Assembly (NCBI RefSeq): GCF_963921235.1
Contig: NC_086108.1
Location: 114,082,001-114,146,000 of the forward strand
Direction: 5' to 3'
DNA length: 64,000 nt
Origin: Mobula hypostoma
Lineage: Eukaryota
Shown here: in pieces, positions 36,127 through 48,591 of the stretch
How positions within the stretch are numbered: position 1 is the first letter of the stretch
How the letters are laid out: every line of letters starts with the position of its first letter
The notes under the pieces: model-generated
The model's database searches: none
What the model saw: the letters and a program-made list of their open reading frames with translations, nothing else
Told to the model about the DNA's origin: nothing
Position numbers and translations under genes: made by a program

Positions 36127-38484
36127 AAACCCAGGGAGAGCATATAATAGAGCAAAAATTAGTGGGAAGTTATAGGATTAAGAAGCTTTTAAAAACCAAC
36201 TGAGAGCAACTAAAAAAAACTCATTGAGGAAAAGATGGAAAACAAAAATATGTTAGCCAATAATATTAAAGAGGATACCAAAAGTTTCTTCAGAAACAAA
36301 GTGTAAAAGAGGCGAGAGTGGATAATGGACCCCTCTCCAGTGGAGGGTAAGGATTGGCAGACAAACTGAATAAGTATCTTGTCACACACACAAAACGCTG
36401 GAGGAACTCAGCATGCCAGTCAGCATCTAAGGAAAGGAGTACAATCGACACTTAAGGCCTAGACCCTTCATCAGGACTGGAGAAAATAAAGGAGTCAGGT
36501 GGAGGGGAGGGGAGGGAAGAAACACAAGGTGATAGGTGAAACTGGGAGGAGGCTGAGGGTGAAGTAAAGAGCTGGGAAGTTGATTGGTGAAAAAGATACA
36601 GGGCTGGAGAAGGGGGAATCTGATAGGAGAACGATAAAAAGCCATGGAAGAAAGAAAAGGGAGAGGAGTACCAGAGGGAGGTGATGGGCAGGTTAGGAGA
36701 TAAGGTGAGAGAGGGAAAACAGAATGGGGAATGGTGAAGGGTGGGGGGCATTACCAGAAGTTTGAGAAATCGATGCTCATGCCACCAGGTTGGAGGCTAC
36801 CCAGATGGAATACAAGGTGTTGCTCCTCCAACCTGAGTGTGGCCTCATCGTGACAATAGAGGAGGCCATAGACTTCACTGTGGAAGACACTAACAGTATG
36901 GTGCAAGTTCCAGGCGTCAGGGGGCATGAAGTGTGTAAAGTTACCGTAACTAGAGAGAAGGTTCTTGGGAAACCGAAAGGTCTGAAGGTAGATAAACCAC
37001 CTGGACCAAATGGTTTACAGCCCAGCATTCTAATAGAGGTGGCTGAAGAGATTGTGAAGATCATTAGATCTTTCAAGAATGATTTGATTCTGGAACCTTT
37101 CCAGAATGTGCAATTGTCATTCCACTCTTCAAGAAGGGATATAGAAGAAAGGAAACTATAGGCCAGTTAGTCTGACCTCAGTGGTTGGGAAGATGTTGGA
37201 GGCACATAAAATAAGCCATAGTCAGCATGGTTTCCTCAAGGGAAAATATCGCATGACAAATCTGTTGGAATTCTTTGAAGAAATAGCAAGCAGGATAGAC
37301 AATGGAGAATCGGTTGATGTTGTGTTCTTGGATCTTAAGAAGACCTTTGACAAGGTGCCACACAAGGCTGCTTAACAAGCTACGAGCCCGTGGTATTACT
37401 GGAAAGATTCTAGTATGGATAAAGCATGAGGCAAAAAGTGGGAATAAAGGGATCCTTCAATGTTTGGCTGTCGGTGACTAGTGGTGTTTCAAAGGGGTCC
37501 ATATTGGGACCGATTCTTTTTATGTTATATGCCAATGATTTGGATGATAGAATTGATGGCTTTTTTTGCAAAGTTTGCAGACGATATAAAGATAGGTGTA
37601 GGGGCAAGTAATTTTTAGGAAGTAGAGAGACTACAGAAGGACTTAGATTAGGAGAATGGGCAAAGAAGTGGCAGATGGAATACTGTGTTGGGAAGCATAT
37701 GGTCTTGTACTTTGGAAGAAATTAAAGGGTTGACTATTTTCTAAATGGAGAGAAGAGATTAAAAAAAGACTGAGATGCAAAGGGACTTGGGTGTCCTTGT
37801 GTAGGATTCCCTAAAGGTTAACTTGCAGGTTGAGTCTGTGGTGAGTAAGGCAAATGCAATGTTAGCATTCATTTCAAGAGGACTAGAATATAAAAGCAAG
37901 GATGTAATATTGTAACTTTATAAAGCACTAGTGAGGCCTCACTTGGAGTACTGCAAATAGTTTTGGGCCCTTTATCTTCGAAAGGATGTGCTGAAATTGG
38001 AGAAGGTTCAAAGGAGGTTCACAAAAATGAACCCAGGATTGAATGGCCTTGTCATATGAAGAGTGTCTGATGACTCTGGGCCTGATTCAGAAGAATTGGG
38101 GATTATCTCATTGAAGCTTATCAACTGGTGAAAGGCCTTTATACAGTGAATGTGGAGAGGATGTTTACTATGGTGGGAGAGTCTAAGACCAGAGAAAACA
38201 GCCCCAGAATTGAGGAGCATCCTTTCAGAACGGAAATGAAGAGGAGTTTCTTTAGCCAGAGAGTGGTCAATCTGTGGAATTCTTTGCCACAGGCAGCTAT
38301 GGAGGCCAGGTCTTTATGTATACTTAAGGTAGATTCTTGACTGGTCAGTGCATGAATGGATATGGGAGAAGGCAGGAGATTGGGTCTAGCCGCTAGAGGG
38401 AAAATTGGATCAACCATGTTAAAATTGCGGAGCTGACTCAATGGACCAAATGGCCCAATTCTGCTCCTATATCTCATGGTCTAT
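36127..38484 (+). mobile_element. Decayed CR1 inserted in a V-SINE and itself split by a Penelope-like end
   Basis: RT fragments in ORFs 36790..37161, 37181..37375, 37426..37611 and 38128..38340. Confidence 0.85.
36384..36871 (-). mobile_element. Penelope-like 3' end (degenerate hammerhead)
   Basis: RLEEQHLVFHLGSLQPGGMSIDFSNF remnant, with the same terminal sequence as the other copies. Confidence 0.75.
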
Positions 38485-39869
38485 GGTTCCTCCCACAGTC
38501 CAAAGACATACCCGTTAGTAGTTTATCCTGTGATTAGGTTTGGGCTAAATTGGTGGGTCGGTGGGCCAGAAGGGCCAGATCTGCACTGTATCTCTAAGGA
38601 AATAAATGAGATTTCTCAGCACTGACAGCCCACAGTGATGCACCTTCTGCTCTCTACTCACTGCACATTCGCAACTACTCGGCTAGGTTCTACTCTAACT
38701 CCAAATATAATGATAGCAAGGGAACGAATTGTTCAGCATGGTCATCTATGCATGGAGCCAAAAGAGAAGGAGAGATCGCAAGTAGATTTTGTTGCATCTG
38801 TATTTACTCAGATGCAGAGTCTGAAGAAGTGAGACACAATAGCACAGAGTTCATGGATCCTATGCAGATAACAGAGGGGAAGGCGCTTGCTGTCTTGAAG
38901 CAAATTGGGGCGGATAAATCGCCAGGGCCCGATGGGAGGCGAGTGTACAATTTGCAGGGGCCCAGGGAGGCATACTTAAAATGTCCTCAGCAATGGGTGA
39001 AGTGCTGGAGGACAGCTCGTATTTCCATGTTTAAGAAAGGCTCCAAAAATAAAAGCAGCCATGAGCAAATTATTCAAAAATATTCTTAATGACTGGATAT
39101 TCAAGTATTTGAATAGACAGGGCCTGATTAGGGAGTCAACATGGCTTTCAGTGTGGGGCAGGTTTTGAGGGGAAACTGCCATTGAAGTTGAAGGCCAGTC
39201 AGTGGATGTTGTCCATATGTAGCCTACAATAGCTACATGTTGCCTTTGACAGAGTCCTGCATGGGAGGCTGGTCAAGAAGGTTCAGACACTTGGCATCCA
39301 TAATTCTTTGAAACTGGCAGAATAGGTAGATAGGGTCATAAAGATAGCTTTTGACACATTGGCCTCTACAAATACAGAAAACAGGAGATATCATGCGCAA
39401 GTTCTGCAAGGTGTTGGTGAGGCCGAATTTGGAGTATGGGGTGCAGTTCTGGTTGCCTACATACAAGAAAAAAAATCAATAAGATTGAAAGAGTACAGAG
39501 AAAATTTGCAGGGATATTGCTGGGACTTGAGGAGATGAGTGAGGAGAGGAGATGATGGAACAGGATGAATATGTGGGACTTTATTCCCCGGAACATAGGA
39601 TAATGAGGTCGGCTGAAGATACACTGGAGAAGCCTCTATAAATACAGAGACAGCAAATGGAACAAGACCATCAGCCCAACTGATTGAAATCAAAATTCCC
39701 ATCTTAACAGGTCCCATTTGCCTTATATTCCTCTACCTGTACAAATGTACTTTAAATATTGTTAACATACTTGCCGCAACCACTTCTGCTGGCATCTGTC
39801 TGCGCAAAAAAAGTTGCCCATCAGGTTCCTATTAAATTCCTCTCCTCAAACCTGTGCATTCTAGCCTCT

Positions 39870-40878
39870 GGGGCATGTTGATATTAAGAGAGAGGTGTTG
39901 TTGGAGTTGTTAAAATACAATAGGACGGATAAGCCCCTGGGGCCTGACAGCCTGACAGAATATTCCCCACTCACAACACGCTGGAGGAACTCAGCAGGCC
40001 GGGCAGCATTGGTACAAATGATGAGTCAACGTTCTGGGCCGGCACCCTTCGCCAGGTTGCTCCACGAGGCCAGGGAAGAGATTGCTGAGCCTCTGGCAAG
40101 GATCTTCATGGCCTCGTTGTCCACGGGAATGGTACCAGAGGATTGCAGGGAGGTGAGTGTTGTCCCCTTGTTCAAAAAAAGTAGTAGGGATAGTCTGGGT
40201 AATTATAGACCAGTGAGCCTTATGTCTGTGGTGGGAAAGCTGTTGGAAAAGATTCTTAGAGATAGGATCTATGGGCATTTAGAGAATCATGGTCTGATCA
40301 GGGACAGTCAGCATAGCTTTGTGAAGGGCAGATCATGTCTAACAAGCCTGATAGAGTTCTTTGAGGAGGTGACCAGGCATATAGATGAGGGTAGTGCAGT
40401 GGATGTGATCTACATGGATTTTAGTAAGGCATTTGACAAGGTTCTACATGGTAGGCTTATTCAGAAAGTCAGAAGGCATGGGATCCAGGGAAGTTTGGCC
40501 AGGTGGATTCAGAATTGGCTTGCCTGCAGAAGGCAGAGGGAGTACATTCAGATTGGAGGGTTGTGACTAGTGGTGTCCCACAAGGATCTGTTCTGGGACC
40601 TCTACTTTTCGTGATTTTTATTAACGGCCTGGATGTGGGGAAAAAGGATGGGTTGGTAAGTTTGCAGACGACACAAAGTTTGGTAGTGTTGTAGATAGTG
40701 AAGAGGATTGTCGAAGATTGCAGAGAGACATTGATAGGATGCAGAAGTAGGCTGAGAAGTGGCAGATGGAGTTCAACCCGGAGAAGAGTGAGGTGGTACA
40801 CTTTGGAAGGACAAACTCCAAGGCAGAGTACAAAGTAAATGGCAGGATACTTGGTAATGTGGAGGAGCAGAGGGATCT
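39870..40878 (+). mobile_element. CR1 ORF2 fragment, 5' half of the copy split by Tx1
   Basis: ORF 39895..40566 has RT motifs (NYRPVSL, MDFSKAFD). A short Penelope-like piece is inserted at about 39968-40056. Confidence 0.88.
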
Positions 40879-40984
40879 TTTTTTTTATATAAACAAAGTC
40901 TTTATTACAAATGTCGGTGCTATACAGTATGTACAAAACCAGTGACTAACACATTTACTACACTACAAACAGACCCAATACATG

Positions 40985-43900
40985 TTAAACCAATATATTT
41001 CCATCCTCATCAATGATGGCATTTACACCCCGCAGAGCCCAACGGTCCCGGAACATCTCTACGGTCGCCGTGGACTGTGCGTATTCCTTTTCAATGTTCA
41101 CCCGGGCACGAACATACCCTCTAAACATAGCCAGGCAGTCCGCCTGGGGAGAACCTCCTGCCACCCTTTTCCAGGAGCCACGGATGGCAATTTTTGCCAG
41201 CCCCAGGAGCAAGTTGACAAGGACATCCTCATCCCTCTGCGCCCCCCTCCTTACTGGATGACCATATATGAATAGGGTGGGATTGAAATGCAACCAGAAG
41301 GCGAGAAGCAGCCCACGCAAATACGCGAAAAGGGGCTGCAGCCTCACACACTCCACGTACATATGGTACACGGTCTCCTCCAGCCCGCAGAAGTGACACG
41401 CGGCTGGGAGATCCATGTACAGACTAAAGAACTTATTGCAGGGCACCGATTTATGCAGCACCCTCCAGCCGAGATCCCCAAGGTGCATGGGGAGGACTCC
41501 CTTGTAAAGGGACTTCCATTGTGGACCCCCCTCACCTCCAGGTGGGAAGACCGACCGCCATGGCGTGTTGGGACGGTGGACAAATGCTAGGAAGTGGAGG
41601 GTGTGGAGCAACAGCCCATAAAGGTACCTCCTACCTGCATCCCTGAATGGGATTGTGGGTGTCGATGAAAGACGGCTCAAGTTGTGTGGATTCGTCTCTC
41701 GGGTAAGGCTGCGGTGCCTGGGCCCGACGAGCAGCTCAGCCTGAGTCGATCCACACACCTGAGCCGCACCGACATCCGTTGAGGCAGGGCAAGGGTCGGC
41801 CAGGACTCCGCCCTCTGCCAGAGGAGGGGATTCCCGGCCTGAGGCAACCATGTTCCAGACTCTCAGTAGGTCCTGATAGAAGCCGGGCAGCCTCTGCAAA
41901 GCAGCACGGCTGACGCCCGCCGGTGGTAGCTTCATATCTTCGCGAAGGCAGCAGCCCCTCCGGAGGAAGAAAGTCGCCAACACGTGCCACCTGGGAGGGT
42001 GCTCGGCGTACAGGAATCTCTGCAGAGTCCTGAGGCGGAGAGCCGCCAGTCGTGTGCGTACACACACCAGCGACTGTCCGCCCTCTCCTTCTGGGAGACT
42101 CAGAACCGCTGCAGAGACCCAGTGTTTCCTGTTTCCCCAGAAGAAGTCCACTAGCTTCCTCTGCATTCTTGCGACAAAAGGGGCAGGAGGGGCCAAGGTG
42201 ACCATCTGGTACCACAACATGGAGGCCACCAGCTGGTTTATGATCACTACCCTGCCTCGATAGGAAAGCACCCTGAGAAGGCCTGACCAGCGCCCTAGCC
42301 GGGTCATGACCTTTGTCTCCACATCCTTTCAGTTCGCCAGCCAGGTCTCCCCAGAAGGACTCAGGTAGACTCCCAGATAGAGAAGGCGTCTGATGCTCCA
42401 CTCAAAAGCTCTCATCTCCTCCGGCAGGGAATCCACCTGCCACTGGCCTACTAAGAGTCCGGAACATTTCGCCCAGTTGATCCTGGCGGAGGATGCCGCC
42501 GAGAAAACATCTTGGCACTCGCGCATCCTCCGCAGGTCACAGGGGTCTGTCATCATGAGGAGTACATCATTGGCGTAGGCCGAGAGGACGACCCCCATGT
42601 CCGGTTCGTGCAGAACCAGACCTGTCAGCCTTCGCTGAAGAAGGCTGAGGAATGGCTCGACACAGATCGCATACAGTTGACCGGACATGGGGCACCCTTG
42701 ACGCACTCCTCTTCGGAGGTGGATAGGTCCTGTCAATGATTCATTAATCTTAACTAGGCACTCTGCGGCAGAGTATAGGAGCCGAACTCGGGCTACAAAG
42801 TGTGGTCCAAGCCCAAAAGCCTGCAGAGTGCCCACCAGGAAACTGCGGTCTACCCGGTCAAACGCCTTCTCCTGGTCAAGAGAAAGAAATGCTGCCGGGG
42901 TCCCAGTCTCCTGGAGTAGGTGGATCAGGTCCCGTTCTAGGTGGACATTGTCCTGGATGGAGCGGCCCGGGACTGTGTAAGATTGGTCAGGATGGACCAC
43001 CTGTCCAATTACCAAACCCAGATGGTTGGCCATTGCCCAGGCAAAGATCTTGTAGTCCGCGCACAAGAGGGAGACCGGCCACCAGTTCTTTAGCAGGCGG
43101 AGGTCTCCCTTCTTGGGCAGTAGGACCACAACAGCTCTTCGCCATGAGAGGGGCATTTCTCCGGTGGCTAGGCTCTCCCCTAGGACAAGGCTGTAATCAT
43201 CCCCCAGGACATCCCAAAAAGCCTGATAAAACTCAACACTCAGTCCATCCAAACCAGGGGACTTGCCCCTCCGGAGTTGCCGAAGGGCAGTGGACAGCTC
43301 CTCCCGAGTCAGGGGGGGCGTCCAGACGCACTGCGTCCTCTGGGCTGACCTTAGGCAAATCCTTCCAGACCTCATTAGACGCCTCCGCATTTGACGGATC
43401 AGGCGAGAATAAGGACCGATAGAATGAACGGACTTCGTTGTTAATTCCATCAGGGTCCGTGATGGAGGAGCCATCGTCAGCCAGCAGCTCCACTAGCTGC
43501 TTTTCAACTCCCCGCCACCTCTCCAACGAGTAGAAGAAGGGTGAGCCACGGTCCAAATCCTGCAGCATTTGGATCCGTGACCTCACGTACGCACCTCGGG
43601 ACTGCTGAAGCTGTTCCTTAGTGCGTCCTTCTTCTCCTGGTATTCCTGCCATAGCTGTTGGTCTCCAGCGGTTGGACCGAGGCGGGACTCCAGGTCAAGC
43701 AACGCTCTCTCAAGCCGCTCAACCTCAGAGCCCCGCCTCTTTGTCGACCCCCTAGTGTACTCCCGACATAAAAACCGGATGTGGGCTTTGCCCACATCCC
43801 ACCACAGCCGTAGGGAGCAGAACTCGCTCCGCCTCTCCTTCCAGGAGACCCAGAACGCTCGGAACGAATCCCAGTATCGGCTGTCCTCCAGCAGCCGGCT

Positions 43901-44644
43901 GTTAAAACGCCAATACCCGGATCCCACCCGAGGGTGTAGTGGAATAAATTCCATCCACACAAGGTGATGATCCGAGCACGACACCGGCCGCATGGAGGAT
44001 GCCGACACACGGGAGGCGTAGGCCCGAGAGATGTACATGCGGTCTATCCTGGAACCTCCTTCTCTGGACCTTCTCGAGAAGGCGCTGGAGTCGGGGTGAA
44101 GATTCCGCCAGCTGTCCACCAAGTCAAAGGAGCCGACTAGCTCCTTTAACCTTTTTGCTGATTCTGGGTCGCGTTGGAGGCCCGAGCGGTCCTCCGCCTC
44201 GAGGGTACAGTTGAAATCTCCCCCGAGGATGACGCAGTCCCCAGGATCGATGGAGCTCAGCAGGGTGGACGGCTGACAGAATAGGCGCGTCTGCATCACA
44301 CCGAGCCTGGGAGCATACACATTGATAAAATGCAATGGTACGCCATCCAGGCGCACAACCAGGTGGAGCAGACGGCCGGGCACAACGTCTTGGACCCTTT
44401 CAATTACTGGCTGGAAGGTCGAGGCCAACAGGATCGCCACCCCGCTAGAAATGGAGCTGAGGTGGCTCATGTAGACCCCGCCCTGCCACTCCAGGAGCCA
44501 AGCAGACTCATCCCCAGGGATGGTATGGGTTTCCTGCAGGAAACTCACCGTGTACCGCCCATCCCTGAGGACTGAGAAATTGTTATGCCTGCGAAGAGGA
44601 CCCCTGCTGCCGTTTACATTGAGACTAGCTATGGTAAGCTTCAT
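40985..44644 (-). pseudogene. Tx1-like ORF2 (EN-RT-zinc finger), frameshifted
   Basis: MKLTIASLNVNG, FLQETH, GGDFN, SDH; KSPGLDGL, LDQEKAFD, GVRQGCP; catalytic YADD changed to YAND; CHFC...HMYVEC. Split over four ORFs. Confidence 0.92.
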
Positions 44645-44656
44645 GTCGGGAGTACA

Positions 44657-46650
44657 CTAGGCCTCAGCAGCTGTGCCCATTTCAGTGAGAGCGGAGGTGC
44701 CCTCCACCACACTGTCCCGAAAGAAAGCAAGGATACTTTTTGCCTTCCGGGCTCGAGTGGTACCAGCGACACCCTGTGACCCACCATCCCCCGTAGGAGC
44801 CAGGCTGTTTCTCCCTCTGATGTCCCTTACTAGGTCATCTGGGAAAGATTTTAGTTGCCGTCTGTCGTTCCCCGACACCACATTCCTCTTCCCCTTTCTC
44901 TTTCGTCTGAGGATGACTCGCAGGGACCTCACCAGCCTCGGCATGCTGGGCCAGCAAAGCGAGGCTAGTTGAGGCCAGTGCTTGGCACCCTCAGAGGTGA
45001 GAATGAAATGCTTAATTTCCTCTACAGGTATCAATGGGGATTTCTCAGGAGGGGTGAGGATGTCCATTGTTTCACTATCGAAGGAGTCCCCCTCCAACCC
45101 GTCACTGCGGACAGATTCCCCATCGTCCTCCCCGCATGTTCCAACAGATGGCCGCGCTTGTGACCCACACAGCGTAGCGGGTACCTCGCTCTTACCTGCC
45201 CGCTCCACCGTCGCATCAGCCTCATCCACATTTTCAACAGTGGAGGGACTCCCTGCAAGTCATTTATTGCTGGGGTTGACGTGCACAGAATATCGTCCTC
45301 CCCAGGGGGCAGGTATAGAGGGGAACCCGGCACCTTTGGTCCAAGGGATTCACAAGCAGCCTGGTGCTGAGAGTGAGAGAGCTTTGTCTCGTCTCCTCTT
45401 ACACTATTCGATACACTTGCCTCCAGGGAGGCGCTGACTAGTAAGTCCTGGGTGGAGGTCTCCAGGGCTGTCTCATTTGTGCAAACAGGGCTATCACAAG
45501 CTTTTTGCACAACCACACCATCTACCTCAGGACTGGTGGCTACATCTGGGGACTCAGGTTTGGAACTAACATCCGCCAGGATTCCCACCCTTTCCTGGGA
45601 CTCCCCCGCATCCCCTGCCCTCTTGCGGGAACGTTCCCTTCTCCTCTTCACGCCGGAGCAGCACACAGGTGCAGGCTTCACTGATGGGGCGGTGCTTTCT
45701 GTTTCCATCGCCCTATCTGCTTGCGCACCTCCCCGAGCCCCACGCTCCACTTCAGGCGAAATGGGTGTGAGCTCTGCGGCCTCAGAGGCCGGCTTCTTAG
45801 GGTGTTTGGATTTCTTCTTTGCCTTCTTACTCCGCACAGACTCCACCCCATCCCCCACCTGAGCCACAGGGAGAGGAGCAGGGACCGACCCAACCGTAGG
45901 AGTAGGGACAGGGGCTGGGGCAGGGTTCATATGCAGGCGCAGGCGCACGCGCATGAGTAGGATCAGGGGCAGAGGTAGCTGGGGCACTGGTGCTCGAAGT
46001 GGGCTCCCTCAGGTTCCGGGTGGTAGGACAGTCCCTCCGAAAGTGTCCCACCTCCCTGCATGCATGGCACCGTGGGCGCTCGGAGCTCCAGTACACCTGA
46101 TAATCTACTCCCTCGTGCCAAACAGTAAACCGGCCCTCAACATCGTCCTCCCTTTCCAGTTGCATGAATACCTGACGCCGGAAAGAGATTATGGTGCAGA
46201 CGGTGCGTCTCTTAAATTTGTGTCGGATGGCAGTGATCTCCAACCTTACTTGCCCTAAACGGGCCAGTGGAGGAAGCAGGTCCTCATTTGGAATGAAAGG
46301 CTTAACATGCCCAAGCACAATACGTTGCGTGGGGGCCGTCACCAGCTCCATAGGTAAAAAGATGTTGTCTACCGTGACTCCCCTGCTTAGGCCCGGTGCA
46401 CTAGCTCTTCATTCGCTAGATAGAACATTGCCTTTCCAAACTCCTTTTCGGTGGCCAAAATACCACCTTTCCCCACAAGGTCCTCCATTGCCTCCGCACA
46501 CTTTTCTAGTGTCATTCCAGGGCGCAAAATACATTGCACCCCGCGTTCCACCTTCACCGACCAAAACAGGGCGTTGTCCGAGGCCGGGGAGGCAGCCGCC
46601 CTTGCGTAACTCCCTGAAGGCCCGCGACTCCCTGGAGACCGGTCCGGCAT
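44657..46650 (-). pseudogene. Tx1-like ORF1 (gag-like, zinc knuckle), frameshifted
   Basis: Pieces 46387..46650, 45827..46351 (CHACREVGHFRRDC), 45031..45987 and 44657..45229. Confidence 0.85.
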
Positions 46651-47175
46651 GCTGGCGCTCTTTCCAGTCCGAGAATCTTACAGCGGTGCCGGTTAGAAGT
46701 CCTGGAGCGAGTCGAATAACTGGCCGGGAAAGTTTGCAGTCGACAGTTCCTTGCTGGCTCGGCGCCAGGAAAGGCTCCGTCAGACTTGCAGAGACCCAGG
46801 CCGGGAGAGGTCGAAACGTCCTTCCAGATGCTCCGGCTCTGACACCGGACGAAAATCAGGAAAATAATGGAGGAGAAACGTTGCCCCGATGCCAATGGGG
46901 GGAACGACGGCGTTTGCCTCCGGTTTTGGAGCAAACCGGCTTCCTGGTGAGTTGCCAGCGGCCGCAGCTGGGAGCTACGCAGTTAGCAGCCGCCAACAAA
47001 CTCAGTCCAAACCGGCAGTAAAACTCCACACTGAGCTTCCACACCAACGCCGTCACTCACTCAGTTGTCCAAGAGGCTTTTAGAGCCACCTCCAAAGTAT
47101 TCCATGAACTTTATCCAGTAGTTTTCCTTCGATTTCTCCCAGCTCAGTCAACACAGCTCCTCTCTCTGTCTGACC

Positions 47176-47838
47176 CTGGGAGTACATGTCCACAGATCCC
47201 TGAAAGTTGCCTCAGAGGTAGATACGGTAGTTAAGAAAGCTTATGGGGTGTTAGCTTTCATAAGTCAAGGGATAGAGTTTAAGAGTTCTGATGTAATGGT
47301 GCAGCTCTATAAAACTCTGGTTAGGCCTCACTTGGAGTATTGTGTCCAGTTCTGGGCACCTCACTATAGGAAGGATGTGGAAGCATCGGAAAGGGTACAG
47401 AGGAGATTTACCAGGATGCTGCCTGGTTTAGAGAGTATGCATAATGATCAGAGATTAAGGGAGTTAGGACTTTACTCTTTGGAGAGAAGGAGGATGAGAG
47501 GAGACATGATAGAGGTGTACAAGATAATAAGAGGAATAGATAGAGTGGATAGCCAGCACCTCTTCCCCAGGGCACCACTGCTCAATACAAGAGGACATGG
47601 CTTTAAGGTAAGGGGTGGGAAGTTCAAGGGGGAAGGTTTTTTACTCAGAGAGTGGTTGGTGCATGGAATGCACTGCCTGAGTCAGTAGTGGAGGCAGATA
47701 CACTAGTGAAATTTAAGAGACTACTAGACAGGTATATGGAGGAATTTAAGGTGGGGGGGTTATATGGGAGGCAGGGTTTGAGGGTCGGCACAACATTGTG
47801 GACCGAAGGGCCTGTACTGTGCTATACTATGTTCTATA
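47176..47838 (+). mobile_element. CR1 3' half, continuation after the Tx1 insertion
   Basis: ORF 47248..47688 ([17 protein letters not shown]) and a CR1 3'UTR/tail. It resumes exactly where 40878 stops. Confidence 0.9.
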
Positions 47839-47891
47839 TCTCAACCCTGGCGAAAAGACTTTGTCTCTGCTCCTCAACACCACCCTTCCCA

Positions 47892-48003
47892 AGTTACCAG
47901 ACTCACCCCCCCCCCCGCAGAGCGGCGCTCCCTCAGTTACCAGACCCCCCCCCCGCAGAGCCGCGCTCCCTCAGTTACCCCCCCCGCAGAACGGCGCTCC
48001 CTC
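47892..48003. repeat. Three degenerate C-run repeats at the start of ACADM intron 1
   Basis: AGTTAC..(C)nGCAGA.C.GCGCTCCCTC occurs three times. Confidence 0.8.
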
Positions 48004-48069
48004 CCTTACAGCGGGAGGACGCCACCCAGACTACTCTCGAGCGGTAATAGAGCCTCAAGCCGCTCCTAC

Positions 48070-48087
48070 CTCCACCAGCCGCCACAT
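48070..48087 (-). CDS. ACADM: ACADM coding exon 1 (MWRLVE), start of the mitochondrial presequence
   Basis: The minus strand reads cgaggATG TGG CGG CTG GTG GAG|gtagga: A at -3, phase-0 GT donor. It sits in the only non-TE CpG/GC-box region and joins in frame to exon 2. The exon is very short, so the assignment is partly inference. Confidence 0.78.
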
Positions 48088-48330
48088 CCTCGCCCTGACT
48101 CAGCTGCGAGCAAAGGGATCCCAACTCACACGATGTCTGCCCCTGAAGGAATCACATTACAAGCCCCGCCCCTGAAGGGAAGCCCGTCCCACAAGCCTCG
48201 CTTCTAAACGGAAGCCTCGTTCCTTGAAGGGAATTGGTGCGGCGCAACGACAAGCCCCGCCCCTGAAGGGAATCACGTGGATCGCAATCGGCTGCGAAGC
48301 CCCGAAGCCGGAACCTGCAGTGAAATTGGA
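48088..48330 (-). promoter_or_regulatory. Putative TATA-less CpG promoter / 5'UTR of ACADM
   Basis: CpG-rich, non-TE segment just upstream of the ATG. GC boxes GCCCCGCCCC at 48163-48172 and 48254-48263, CACGTG E-box at 48274-48279, and CGGAA ETS-like cores near 48209 and 48309. Confidence 0.7.
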
Positions 48331-48591
48331 ACCTCAGTCGATGAGCGGGAGATTGATGTCTGCAGCCACGGAGGGAAGAGAGTTAGAAAACTGTCAGTAG
48401 TATTGCTTTCACGTTGGATTAGCTCTGACTTTTCACAGTCTACTGGAGGAAGTCGGAGCTTTAATCAGTGCAGATACAGAAAGCGTTTCCTCTTCCTTCA
48501 CAGCTGCTCGACCCGCTGACATCCTCCAGCAGTTTACTCCACACTACAACAGGACTGGCTGTTGTCTCTTCAGAACTTCGGAACTTACCTC

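Larger units (their letters stand above)
40879..47175 (-). mobile_element. Full-length Tx1-like (L1 superfamily) LINE, decayed by frameshifts; in ACADM intron 1, sense to the gene
   Basis: 5'UTR, ORF1 with a CCHC knuckle, ORF2 with EN, RT and C-terminal zinc finger, then AATAAA and an A-tail (T-run at 40878-40886 on +). It splits a CR1 at GAGGGATCT|GGGAGTACATG. Confidence 0.93.

Noticed and set aside
46191..47021. 276-aa plus-strand ORF antisense to the Tx1 5' region
   Set aside because: GC-rich antisense frame with no recognisable motif; probably a chance ORF, although an ORF0-like product is not excluded.
48277..48590. Divergent host gene from a bidirectional promoter
   Set aside because: I found no recognisable coding exon on the + strand; the sequence runs into CR1 by about 48590.
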